NCBI GenBank assembly: GCA_963777605.1
Contig: CAVZRV010000035.1
Location: forward strand, 32,001 to 96,000
Length of the DNA: 64,000 nucleotides
From: an uncultured Acidobacteriota bacterium
GTDB lineage: Bacteria > Acidobacteriota > UBA6911 > RPQK01 > JAPXNP01
Direction: 5' to 3'
This document shows, one piece after another, positions 9,458 to 18,895 of this stretch (positions are counted from its first letter, which is position 1; each line of letters opens with the position of its first letter). The notes under the pieces were generated by a model. That model was not told where the DNA came from, did no database searches, and saw only the letters and a list, made by a program, of their open reading frames with translations. The translations under genes were made by a program, and so were the position numbers.

Positions 9458-9600
9458 CAAGCTTGTCTGTGATGAGCCTGTTGGGAAGTGCTCCCTGTCC
9501 CTTCAAGAGCATACGGAAGAAGCGCTTGGCGGCCTGCCGATCCCGTCTCTTCTGGAGGAGAATGTCGATGGTGTCCCCATCTTGGTCGACCGCCCTCCAG
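9458..9600 (-). pseudogene. IS6-family transposase fragment
   Basis: Manual translation WRAVDQDGDTIDILLQKRRDRQAAKRFFRMLLK...RLITDKL. Confidence 0.85.
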
Positions 9601-9922
9601 GTCCGATTGTTGAATGACCTGACCTGAACCCTAAAGAACCGTCAAGAGAGTTTCCCTGACCTGAACTTTATGCGTCAGGCCGATTCACTTTGGATAGGCA
9701 TTACTATCTTCAGATCGCTTGAACCGGATTCGGTTGAAACGATCAGGGAAATTTTCCCTGATTCCATTGATGGTCATATTATCTGATTTCCGCAACCTGC
9801 CTTGAACATTGGATTTTGTGTTTTGGAATGAGAATTGCGCTCACTCATGGGTACATAAGGTGGAATCTTCCCGACATGCTCTCTCCTCGAATGAGAGCAT
9901 TCAGAATATCAGGAGGTTTGAA

Positions 9923-10609
9923 ATGAATCTTTCAATTATACGATACTGGTTAGTGGTCTTGATACTGGGACTGGTCGCCGAAACAGGCTGTTCGACAGGC
10001 AATGTGAATGCTGATAAGTCGATGGAAGTTGCAGGAGACGGTGGATCGAGTTTCATTGAATCCGTGGCTTCCGCTGTGTTTCCGGAAACGGAAGTGGTCC
10101 CGAAAGGCACTCCCATACGCGTACGTCTGACACAAACAGTCTCAACAGATCGCGATCGCGCTGGTGACGAGTTCAGTGCAGTCTTGGACGGGGCCATTTC
10201 GGTCGACGGGCAGATCCTTGCCCCCGCCGGAACGAAGGTGATCGGAAAACTCCCATCAGTCGAAGGCTCCAAGAAGGTGAAGGGCCGCGCGGAAATGCAG
10301 TTGACCTTGGACCAGCTAATCATCGACGGCACAAAATATGGCATCGATACTCATCCCCTGACAATCCGGGCGGAGGGCTCTGAGAAGAAGGATGCAGCTG
10401 TCATTGCAGGCAGTGCGGCGGCCGGTGCAATCCTTGGTGCGCTTACTGGAGGAGGAAAGGGTGCCGCCATCGGCGCCGGTGTTGGTGGGGGTGCCGGGAC
10501 CGGGTTTGTCCTAGCAACGAAAGGTGAGGAAATCGAGTTCGGGCCTGAGACTCTCTTCGAATTCAAGCTCTCGCAGCCTTTGGAGTTGCCTGTCCCCAAC
10601 GGGCAATAG
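9923..10609 (+). CDS. Lipoprotein with TrbI-like beta domain and glycine zipper
   Basis: AGGAGG RBS, signal with ETGC lipobox-like motif, VPKGTPIRVRL, GAILGALTGGGKGAAIGAGVGG. Confidence 0.75.
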   Translation: MNLSIIRYWLVVLILGLVAETGCSTGNVNADKSMEVAGDGGSSFIESVASAVFPETEVVPKGTPIRVRLTQTVSTDRDRAGDEFSAVLDGAISVDGQILAPAGTKVIGKLPSVEGSKKVKGRAEMQLTLDQLIIDGTKYGIDTHPLTIRAEGSEKKDAAVIAGSAAAGAILGALTGGGKGAAIGAGVGGGAGTGFVLATKGEEIEFGPETLFEFKLSQPLELPVPNGQ

Positions 10610-10929
10610 ATTCTTAGCGGGCAATCCCCGAAACCGTCCGTTATCGCGGGGGGAGCCATTATAGATAGAAGCGGCCGCGTCCAACTGATGCGTGACCTTT
10701 CTTGCGGCCGCACGCGGGGAGCTTCGGGACGGCGGAGCTTCCACCGCTGACTACAGAGGCTCATCGCAGATTCTGCGGAGGAAATACTACGGGTAAAGCA
10801 CAACATTTCGGGTTACCGTTTTACCGTATTTCGTTCAGAGTATAGAGCAAGTCGATTTAGCATCAACAAGCGAATTCACGCAAGACCTAACAATCGATTT
10901 CCACCTGAGAGAGTGGAAGAGAGGATCTC

Positions 10930-11076
10930 ATGCTTCACTGGGCATTCATATTCTTGGTGCTGGCACTGATTGCGGCCATCTTCGGATTTCGTGGCGCTGC
11001 TTCAGCGTTTGCCGGAGTTGCAAAACTTCTGGTGGTCCTATTCCTAGTGCTGTTTCTGGTGGCGATCCTATTGTAG
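10930..11076 (+). CDS. DUF1328 (UPF0391/YtjA-like) small membrane protein
   Basis: Not in ORF track; [48 protein letters not shown]. Confidence 0.85.
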   Translation: MLHWAFIFLVLALIAAIFGFRGAASAFAGVAKLLVVLFLVLFLVAILL

Positions 11077-11094
11077 AGGATAAGGAGATTTGAA

Positions 11095-11262
11095 ATGCTT
11101 TACTGGGCCCTGGTTTTTTTATTGGTTGCATTCGTAGCAGCGTTGTTTGGGTTTGGCGGTGTTGCTTCTGCGGCGGCGGCGATTGCGAAGATACTGTTTT
11201 TCATCTTTGTAATCTTTTTTATCATCTTCTTGGTGAGTGGACTCCACCGACGAAGAATATGA
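11095..11262 (+). CDS. DUF1328 (UPF0391/YtjA-like) small membrane protein, tandem paralog
   Basis: Not in ORF track; MLYWALVFLLVAFVAALFGFGGVASAAAAIAKILFFIF...; AAGGAG RBS. Confidence 0.88.
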   Translation: MLYWALVFLLVAFVAALFGFGGVASAAAAIAKILFFIFVIFFIIFLVSGLHRRRI

Positions 11263-11317
11263 ACCGCCAGATCCAATCTTTAGTCAAACACTATTAATAA
11301 AGTAATAAGGGAATTGA

Positions 11318-12004
11318 ATGATGAGGAATATAATAGCGTTTTTCACAGTATTCATGCTGGTCCTGTCGTGGACGTGGGCCAAAGATACAACAGACGAAAA
11401 GGAACGAGCCCGAGACTCGGCGGCAGTGCTCAAAGAGATGCTCAATGCTCCAGATGCCGAAATCCCGGCGGAGCTTCTGGAAAAGGCGCAGGCGATCGCG
11501 GTGATCCCGCATGTAATCAAAGGTGCCTTTGGAGTGGGAGGCAGTTATGGCAAAGGTCTGGTTTCTCAGCGCAAGGCCGATGGAAGCTGGTCTCCCCCCT
11601 CGTTCATTGAAGTTGGAGGGGCGAGTTTCGGACTTCAGATCGGTGCAGAAGCGACCGATTACCTGCTCATCTTCACGAACAGGGAAGGGATGGAGCCACT
11701 CCTGAAGGGTAAGGTCAAGCTCGGAGGCGAAGCCTCTGTGGCGGCCGGTCCGGTGGGGAGAACGGCCAACGCGGCGACCGACGTGACTCTGGATGCCGCG
11801 GTTTACTCGTATTCGAGGAGTAAAGGGGCATTCGCGGGAGTCTCTCTCGACGGAACGGTGCTCTCAATCGATGACAGTGCCAATGAAAGCACATACGGTA
11901 AGCGAGTCAGCGCGCAGGACATCCTGATCAACGGCAAGGTTTCCTCGAACGCCGTGGTTGGTCCCTTTCTCCAGGTGTTGCGGGCAAATGTGCCGCCTGC
12001 GTAA
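11318..12004 (+). CDS. SYLF/YSC84-like lipid-binding secreted protein
   Basis: Signal peptide; KGAFGVGGSYGKG, GASFGLQIG, AAGPVGR, YSYSRSKGAFAGVSLDG. Confidence 0.9.
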   Translation: MMRNIIAFFTVFMLVLSWTWAKDTTDEKERARDSAAVLKEMLNAPDAEIPAELLEKAQAIAVIPHVIKGAFGVGGSYGKGLVSQRKADGSWSPPSFIEVGGASFGLQIGAEATDYLLIFTNREGMEPLLKGKVKLGGEASVAAGPVGRTANAATDVTLDAAVYSYSRSKGAFAGVSLDGTVLSIDDSANESTYGKRVSAQDILINGKVSSNAVVGPFLQVLRANVPPA

Positions 12005-12252
12005 TGGAATCTCTTGACGGTAAGCGAGTGGCAGGCTCAGGCCAATCGCAGAGCTTGCCACCCCGTCTGCCACCACTGGATTCGCTGGCAGAGAGACACT
12101 GTCGTCGTCAGTTTCCCGCTGTCGTAAGCCCGAGATTAGTTGGCCAAGGCTGGCAGTAGAAGAAGCCATCCAACTCCCAGTTGCAGCATCTCTCTTGCCC
12201 GCCCGACGAAGTTGAATTTCCCTCGGACGCTGCCGATTGCCAGAAAGACATC

Positions 12253-12399
12253 ATGCCGAACGTTTACTGTCGGATCTGTCAAAAATGGATGGGCACCTGC
12301 CAGTCCAAACTGAGTATAACCTGTCGCGAGTGCACGATGGCCAATTGTGTCTGCGGGAGAGGAAGCGGAAGGGCAACCGGACTTCAACTGCAAGGGTAG
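12253..12399 (+). CDS. Cys-rich microprotein (possible zinc ribbon)
   Basis: MPNVYCRICQKWMGTCQSKLSITCRECTMANCVC..., two CxxC pairs in 48 aa. Confidence 0.35.
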   Translation: MPNVYCRICQKWMGTCQSKLSITCRECTMANCVCGRGSGRATGLQLQG

Positions 12400-12783
12400 T
12401 TGGTCAGAGGAAGGCCCACGGCGGGAAGATCCCAATGGTCCTCAATCGGCGGGCCCACCTCGCTTAAGTGACGAGCAGTTAAATCGCGTGGCTCGTGTCG
12501 TCGGGGCGACTGTCTGGGATTCAATCCACGCTTCAACTGGTCCGAGAGGATGTTGAGATCCTGCTGGCTGAAGGGGTTCTGGTTCCGTCCGATTGCATGT
12601 CTATCTCTCAAGTCTGCGACTTGATTCTTAGCGGACTGGATGAGATACAAACGGAACCGTCATTGCAGGGCTTGTTCCGGCTCGTCGCCGGCCGACTGCG
12701 GCGCGCTAGCTTGCTCCATTCGAAGTAGGTTTCCTTTGTTCTTCGTCGGACTGGAGACTACTTCCGATAAGGGAAGGGGTGCC

Positions 12784-12996
12784 ATGTTGAAGTTAGCAGG
12801 AATCATCCTAATCATTCTCGGTACTGTCATATTGCTCTATCAGGGCATTACCTATACCACCAAGGAAGAGGTCGTCGATCTCGGTCCACTTCAGGTAAGT
12901 CAGGAACACACCCGGACGATTCCTTTGCCTCCGATCTTGGGTGGAATTAGTTTGGCTGCCGGGATTGTTCTGGTCTTTGCGGCTCGCCGACGTTGA
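12784..12996 (+). CDS. DUF3185-like small membrane protein
   Basis: GIILIILG...YQGITYTTKEEVVDLGPLQV...IPLPPILGG. Confidence 0.8.
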   Translation: MLKLAGIILIILGTVILLYQGITYTTKEEVVDLGPLQVSQEHTRTIPLPPILGGISLAAGIVLVFAARRR

Positions 12997-13017
12997 CCGC
13001 TTTTCCACGGATCAGCT

Positions 13018-13260
13018 TCATGCGGGCCAAGTAGATCCATTGTCCACCGTGATCAAGCGGTTTTCCGCGTCGTAAGCATCGGCGTGAGTGCCGTCGTTTG
13101 TGACATTGCCGGCGGCAGGGTATGTCCAGCCGCTCACCCGGTTTGTCGTCGTACTGGGCGTGGCGTTCTCGGCCGGCACGCCTCCCGATCCCGACTGGCT
13201 CAACCGGTTGCCGTAGCGGTCGTAGACCCAGGAGAGGCTCCAGACACTGGTCTCGGCCAA
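13018..13260 (-). pseudogene. RHS/YD-repeat protein fragment
   Basis: YDRYGNRLSQ, YPAAGNVTNDG, YDAENRLITV. Confidence 0.8.
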
Positions 13261-13331
13261 AGCAAGCCGGTAGAGCTCATCAGAAATAGCCGCAAACGCG
13301 AGCGAACATATTCAACCTCGACCGGACATAT

Positions 13332-13619
13332 GTGTATCAGCCCTTTCATATAGACCGAAGGATAACCGCCCAGTCGGCATGGTTTTCGATCCATCGGTAC
13401 ATCGAGGATAAGCGGGTTTTTGTGCCCTTAGAGAGGAATGTGGCATACAGAGACCGGCTCCAGAAGTTTCTGATTCCCAAAAAGTGTTTCCCCGCGATTG
13501 CCAAGGAGTTGCGGATGCTTGGCATAAATCGGGCGATAATGTTTCCTGACTTATCCGGATTATGTGCAGACATTGAGGCTGAAGTACTGGAAAGCCGACG
13601 AGCCATCCGCACAATTTGA
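13332..13619 (+). pseudogene. FRG-domain protein, C-terminal fragment
   Basis: RITAQSAWFSIH...ELRMLGINRAIMFPDLSGLC; N-terminal FRG motif absent. Confidence 0.75.
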
Positions 13620-13754
13620 GGGTGCGTAAGGAGGCGGCTACGTCAATGTGCCCACGGCCTCTCGCACAGCTGCAATGAGCCGCTCCTCCAAAGGCGAGAA
13701 TCGTCGCCACATCAGACTAAGGCGTTGCAGAATTGTCACGAGCTGTCGCGACAC

Positions 13755-13814
13755 GGCCAAGGCTCAGCGTCAGCGGCGGCGCGCAGTGTCGTCCACTGCA
13801 CGCTGTTGTTAGGC
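13755..13814 (-). other. Integron attC site (degenerate R')
   Basis: Minus strand GCCTAAC aacagcgtgcagtgg...ccgctgacgctgagc CTTGGCC; imperfect palindrome 28 bp after the methyltransferase stop. Confidence 0.7.
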
Positions 13815-13842
13815 GCTAAGCTCTCATTTCCACCGAAAGAGT

Positions 13843-14646
13843 TCACGGTTTGATTCCCGTGACGATGTGCGCGGGGGCATTGAACACGACGTCACCATCT
13901 CCAGTAACGTATTCCGCAAGGGCAGTCTCGGCCTCTGCCAAGATACTCTGGATTTGGTCGTCTTTTAAGAAGACTTCCATGACCGGCAACCACCCCTTCA
14001 GGTCCGCTTCGACCATCGCCTTTATACTCGGGAAGCGGGCTGTGCCATTCTCCGTCTCGATGCCCACCGACTCCACTCCCGATCCCTCGAACAGGCTGAT
14101 TAACTCATCTCTGTTTCCAAGCACAAAAGGGGCTCGCAATGCCTTGGCGGCAGCATCACCTGCCAGACGCTCGAGTATCTCCACCTCGATTGAATAGACG
14201 TCAGAATTTACCAAGCTATCCCAGACGGCCACGGCCATTCTTCCGCCCGGTTTCAGCACACGCATCATTTCCCTTAGCGCCCGCGAGCGATCGGAGAAGA
14301 ACATTAGGCCGAACTGACTTACAACAGCATCGAATGACTCCTCGGGAAAGGGTAGTGCCTCGGCGGCACCCTCCCGCCACTCCACATTCGGGGCCAGTTC
14401 GCTTGCCACGGCCAGCATGCCTCGCCCCGGATCAACTCCGGCTACACGCCCGGCAGATCCGACGCGCCCGGCTGCTGCTCGAGCCAGAATGCCCGTGCCG
14501 CACGCGACGTCCAGGACCCTGTGCCCGGGCTCTACCCCAGCAGCATCAAGCACGCGATGACACCACGGCTTGAACAACGCCGGCACATGCAGGTCTTCAT
14601 ATGCCCGCGCTCCTACTATCTGATCCTCGAGGCGTGGTTCACTCAC
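13843..14646 (-). CDS. Class I SAM-dependent methyltransferase (UbiE-like)
   Basis: VLDVACGTG, AEALPFPEESFDAVVSQFGLMF, RVLKPGG. Confidence 0.92.
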   Translation of the reverse strand: MSEPRLEDQIVGARAYEDLHVPALFKPWCHRVLDAAGVEPGHRVLDVACGTGILARAAAGRVGSAGRVAGVDPGRGMLAVASELAPNVEWREGAAEALPFPEESFDAVVSQFGLMFFSDRSRALREMMRVLKPGGRMAVAVWDSLVNSDVYSIEVEILERLAGDAAAKALRAPFVLGNRDELISLFEGSGVESVGIETENGTARFPSIKAMVEADLKGWLPVMEVFLKDDQIQSILAEAETALAEYVTGDGDVVFNAPAHIVTGIKP

Positions 14647-14870
14647 GATGAGCTTCTCCTCTGTCCGTGTTGAGAACAGGAGCGTAGATCATTATCCCCC
14701 TCACATCCTTGTGGCCGAACAGTCCCCGAACTTCCCGAGAAGATCGAGCTTGCCTTGGCGGAGGGCTTCGCCGTTGCCGAGCCCACTATCAGCCAGGTGC
14801 AGCCGGGAAGTCTTCGCGCTGCGGCCACACCGATCAGACACGATCGCACCAGGAAGAACTGAACGCGTCG

Positions 14871-15071
14871 TCATCGGGAAGTCTCGTGCGCGAGCTCTTG
14901 GGCGAGCCCGATGAGAATTCCTTCGGGGCCTCGGATGTAGCAGAGCCGATACGTGTCTTCGTACTGGACCACTTCGCCGACGAGCTCCGCGCCGCGTTTG
15001 CCGAGCCGGGCTACGGCGGCGTCGATGTCTTCGACCACGATGCCGACGTTGTCCATACGCTTGATTGTCAT
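14871..15071 (-). pseudogene. VOC/glyoxalase gene with internal in-frame deletion
   Basis: N-terminus MTIKRMDNVGIVVEDIDA joins directly to C-terminal ARLGKRGAELVGEVVQYEDTYRLCYIRGPEG; only 66 aa. Confidence 0.7.
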
Positions 15072-15085
15072 GATGTTTCCTTGGC

Positions 15086-15162
15086 GCCTCACGCTGGGGT
15101 TCAACTGCGGGCGGAAGGGGGCGAAGCCCCCGGGGCCCGTCGGGTGGAACGATGAGTTCGGC
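15086..15162 (-). other. Integron attC site
   Basis: Minus strand GCCGAAC...GTGAGGC with central hairpin gggggcttcgccccc, lying between two VOC genes. Confidence 0.7.
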
Positions 15163-15176
15163 CCCGCTACGCGCGG

Positions 15177-15587
15177 TCAGGCGCCCTCGGGCACCTGAGA
15201 CACATCCATGAAAAAGGCTTCCCAGATATGGCCGTCCAAGTCCTCAAAGCTTCGACCGTACATAAAGCCAAGATCCTGCTTCGGGTTGACATCCGCCTTG
15301 CCTCCCCGACTACCTGCGGTGTCTGTCATTTTGTCGACGGCATTTCGTCCGTCGCAAGAAATTGCCAGCATGACCTCACTCTGGCTGCGGTCTGCGATGG
15401 GCTTCCTGGTGAAAGTGGCCCACTTCTCGTGCGTCAGCAACATCACGAAAATGCTCTCTGAAAAGACCATGCATGCGGCAGTTTCGTCGGAGAATTGCGG
15501 GTTGTTGGTGGCACCGATCGCGGTGTAGAAGGCCTTCGCCTTCGGCAGGTCGTGAACGGGAAGATTGATGAAGACTTGCATACTCAT
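15177..15587 (-). CDS. VOC/glyoxalase family protein (attC-bounded cassette)
   Basis: FINLPVHDL, NPQFSDE, FMYGRSFEDLDGHIWE; AGGAG RBS. Confidence 0.92.
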   Translation of the reverse strand: MSMQVFINLPVHDLPKAKAFYTAIGATNNPQFSDETAACMVFSESIFVMLLTHEKWATFTRKPIADRSQSEVMLAISCDGRNAVDKMTDTAGSRGGKADVNPKQDLGFMYGRSFEDLDGHIWEAFFMDVSQVPEGA

Positions 15588-15619
15588 AGTGGTGTCTCCT
15601 AAATGTCGTGGTGTGTGCG

Positions 15620-15710
15620 GCTCAACGAAAAGCGTTGTATCCACAGCGACCTGCGCTGCCGATCACGAGGGTACCTGCTCCGAGTGGGCGTGGATACAGC
15701 GCTGTTGGAC
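15620..15710 (-). other. Integron attC site
   Basis: Minus strand GTCCAAC agcgctgtatccac...gtggatacaacgct tttc GTTGAGC; canonical RYYYAAC and GTTRRRY ends. Confidence 0.75.
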
Positions 15711-16041
15711 TGAGCCGCGTCCTATGGCTACGGGGATTGTATCAGGGCTCCAAGTTGACAGGCACCGCCAAACAGGGCGAAGAGACAGGCGAATGAGCTC
15801 GGTCTTTGTCCGGGCGCCAATATCGAGCGCGACGCGAGAGACGACGGCAACAGGATCCCTCACCTGGTGGTGCTACCTCAGGGAGTCAAACACGGGGCGG
15901 ATTTCAACTCTCCCCACTCTTAAAGGAGGAATCCTGTCGATATTGAGAGCCGCCGTTCGACTCAGGATTAGAGAATGCCGAAACGGTGTTCGGCCACGCT
16001 CCTTGAGGAGTGGCCGCTGCAACAACAAGAAAGGAAAAGAA

Positions 16042-16509
16042 ATGAATACAAAACCTACCCACGAACAGGCTCAACTCCAATTGCAGCTTTACGATCTGCG
16101 CCGGGAGGCGCGGCTCCGACAGGCTCGCGACTGGTTCGCCGCCCACTTCATTGCAGACACCTTCGAAGAGGCCATGCGTATTGCGGCGCCCGGCACCGAG
16201 ACGTGGGTCTCTGCGGGGATGGTTTTCGGCTATTGGGAGCAGGCCTGCGCGCTGCTCAACTATGGGCTCCTTCATGAAGACCTCTTCTTCGAGACCAGCG
16301 GAGAGTTCTTCGGCGTGTGGGAGAAGGTCAAGCCGGTTCTTCCGGAATTCCGCGAAAAATCTGCAAACAAGCAAATGCTCGCCCACCTCGAGCGGGCAGC
16401 CCAGCGATATGAGGAATGGTCGGCCGAGCGCAACCCTGGCCACATCGCCGCGATGAGGCAGTTCATGAAGCAAATGCGATCTGAATCCGCTGCGACGGCA
16501 GAAGCCTGA
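16042..16509 (+). CDS. DUF4760-like protein
   Basis: LQLYDLRREARLRQARDWF...MVFGYWEQACALLNYGLLHEDLFFETSGE; AAGGA RBS. Confidence 0.7.
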   Translation: MNTKPTHEQAQLQLQLYDLRREARLRQARDWFAAHFIADTFEEAMRIAAPGTETWVSAGMVFGYWEQACALLNYGLLHEDLFFETSGEFFGVWEKVKPVLPEFREKSANKQMLAHLERAAQRYEEWSAERNPGHIAAMRQFMKQMRSESAATAEA

Positions 16510-16987
16510 ACGGTCTGAAGTGTTTGTCTCAATGCGTCGTCCCGCGCATTTAATCGGGAGCTCCGTGCCCGGAGGCCGCGGCGAAGGATCGGCAAAAGCG
16601 TCAGATGGGCCGCGATGTCGCGTCCGCGGCCTTCGGGCGCCGAAATCCACAGTTGTCCGGAGAGTGTCTCTCTGGTCGTGACCGAACGGAGTATCGCCCG
16701 CGGATTCTGGAGCTCCTCGCGATCTGCTGTCTCGATTCTCCCGCGCAGGGGCAGAACCCGCGGGCTTTGACATGCCTGGAGGTTCACAGAGTCTAGAGAC
16801 TCTATGCTCTTGACCATAGGTACCTTGCAGTCGGTCAAACCGAGTCTGCGAACTGCCTCAGTTTTCCTTCAGCCCTTTCGAGCGACCACCGGTTGCCGTC
16901 AGAATCTTCCGAGCGTGCAGCCTCGAAACGCCGAAGGAGAATTCGATCGAATTGTGCTCGACGAGGTTCGAGATCCGATCTATCTGC

Positions 16988-17884
16988 CTATGCTTCGTCG
17001 AAGGCCGTCTGGAGTATGTCCATCTCGAGTTTCGTCATGGGCATCATGGCCTTCATCATGTTCTCGATCTTCCTTGCGTCGTTGCTGCTCATAAGTTCGG
17101 TGAATCTCGAGGGCACGATCTGCCAGGAGATACCGAAGCGGTCGGTCAGCCAACCACACTGGCCCTCCGCGCCGCCATCGGACAGGTCATCCCAGAATCG
17201 ATCGACCTCGGCTTGATCCTTGCAGATCACCATGTAGGAGACGGCAGGTGAGAAGGTAAAGCCGTGCTCGCCAGGTGCATCCATGGCGACAAACTCTTGG
17301 CCGTCCAGAACATAGCTGGAGAACTTCACCTTTCCCTGTTTGCCCGGCTCGCCCTCGGAGTACCGCTCGATGTGGACAATTCGCGAATCATCGAACTTCG
17401 AAAGGTAGAACTTGATCGCCTCCTCGGCCTTGCCGCTGAGATCGTCAGCGAAAAGCAGGGAGGGCACGATCTTCTTCTCGTTTTCGGCCAGGATCAACTG
17501 CCAAGTCAGTCCAAACCGGTCCCGGCACCAGCCGTAGCGCTCGGCCCACGGGTACTTGTCGATCGCTATGAGCACGGAACCGCCCTCGGAGAGCTTGTTC
17601 CAGAGTTCATCGATCTCACCGGAGGAGCTACATTTGACGAAGAAGGAGTTGGCTGGAGTGAATTTGAACTCCGGACCGCCGTTGAGTCCCAGGAAGTGAT
17701 GGTCGGCGAGCCGAAAGGTGATGGTCAGCACGCTTCCTTCCGGTAATCCCGCGGCCTTGGCGACCGACTCGGTGACACGGGCAGTCGTGTAGATTTTCGA
17801 ATCGGAAAAAACTGAGGTGTAGAATCTGCCAGCGTCTTCGGCATTGCCGTCGAACCAGAGACATGAAGTAATTCTCGGGATCAT
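16988..17884 (-). CDS. PhnB/3-demethylubiquinone-9 methyltransferase-like tandem VOC protein
   Basis: Two repeats: CLWFDGNAE, LNGGPEFKFTPA, YGWCRDRFGLTWQL; CGWLTDRFGISWQIVP. Confidence 0.9.
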   Translation of the reverse strand: MIPRITSCLWFDGNAEDAGRFYTSVFSDSKIYTTARVTESVAKAAGLPEGSVLTITFRLADHHFLGLNGGPEFKFTPANSFFVKCSSSGEIDELWNKLSEGGSVLIAIDKYPWAERYGWCRDRFGLTWQLILAENEKKIVPSLLFADDLSGKAEEAIKFYLSKFDDSRIVHIERYSEGEPGKQGKVKFSSYVLDGQEFVAMDAPGEHGFTFSPAVSYMVICKDQAEVDRFWDDLSDGGAEGQCGWLTDRFGISWQIVPSRFTELMSSNDARKIENMMKAMMPMTKLEMDILQTAFDEA

Positions 17885-18895
17885 GACATCTTCCTTTTCG
17901 CGTATGGGTGTGCAGGTTTCTTCTCCTGATCGGCTCCCATCTTCCGAAAGCGATCAATCACGTCGGTCTGTTCGAAGTCGTCGAGTTCGAACAGCCTTCT
18001 ATATGGTTAGTCGAACGAAACCCTGCGAATTCGACAGCCAGTGGCGTTGCCGGAATCATATCAGGGTCGAACCACGGGAGAATCACTCTCAGTCGACCGC
18101 CCGGATGGTGACCACATCGAGTCGGGCAACGAACGATAGGACAGACCAGCAAGGGAAACGTCGATTGATCAATCTCTCCGGTTCAGGTTTGAGACTGGAC
18201 CTCTTGCAGGCGCCGTTCGAGATAGCGCCGTTCACTGTCGTTAGTCCCCAGTTGGAGGGCTCGTCGGTAGCTCTTTGCCGCTTCGCCGAATGACCTGAGG
18301 CGACGCAGCAAATCGGCTTTTGCGGCATGGAAGAGATGATATCTTTCGAGCTCTCCATCGGCGGCAATCTCGTCGATGATCCGGAGCCCGGCCCGGGGAC
18401 CTTCGACCATGGCGACGGCCACCGCCCTATTCAACGAGACAATTGGAGAAGGCTGAGCTTCCAGCAGCAGATCGTAGAACCCCACGATCTGGGGCCAGTT
18501 CGTTTCCTCGGCCCGCGCGGCCCGGCAATGCAGCGATGCGATGGCACTTTGCAGAGCGTACGGCCCTGGCTCTCTCCGGAGGGTCTCCTCGACGAGAGGC
18601 GTCGCTTCAACGATCTGCGCTCGGTTCCATTTACCGCGGTCCTGCTCCTCGAGCACGATCAGATTCCCCGGGTCATCCTGTCTAGCTTCGCGCCGAGCAT
18701 CGTGCAGAAGCATGAGTGCGAGGAGCGCTGTCGCCTCCGCGGGCGGGTCCGGAGACATGAGATCCCTCACAAGTCGGCTGAGACGGATGGCCTCAGAGCA
18801 GAGATCTTCGCGGATCAGGGGCTCACCTCGAGTCGCTGCATAGCCCTCGTTGAAGATTAGATAAATCACTGCCAGGACGGCGTCGAGTCGCGACT

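Noticed and set aside
9923-10609. Second VirB10 or second T4SS
   Set aside because: Standalone lipoprotein with glycine zipper and no neighbouring vir genes
10610-10750. Possible structured ncRNA (paired gcggccgc, ccgtcc/ggacgg)
   Set aside because: Short GC-rich complementarities with no recognisable family; could be chance or a terminator
15565-16041. Long N-terminal extension of the DUF4760-like ORF
   Set aside because: Overlaps an attC and the VOC start on the other strand; RBS supports ATG 16042
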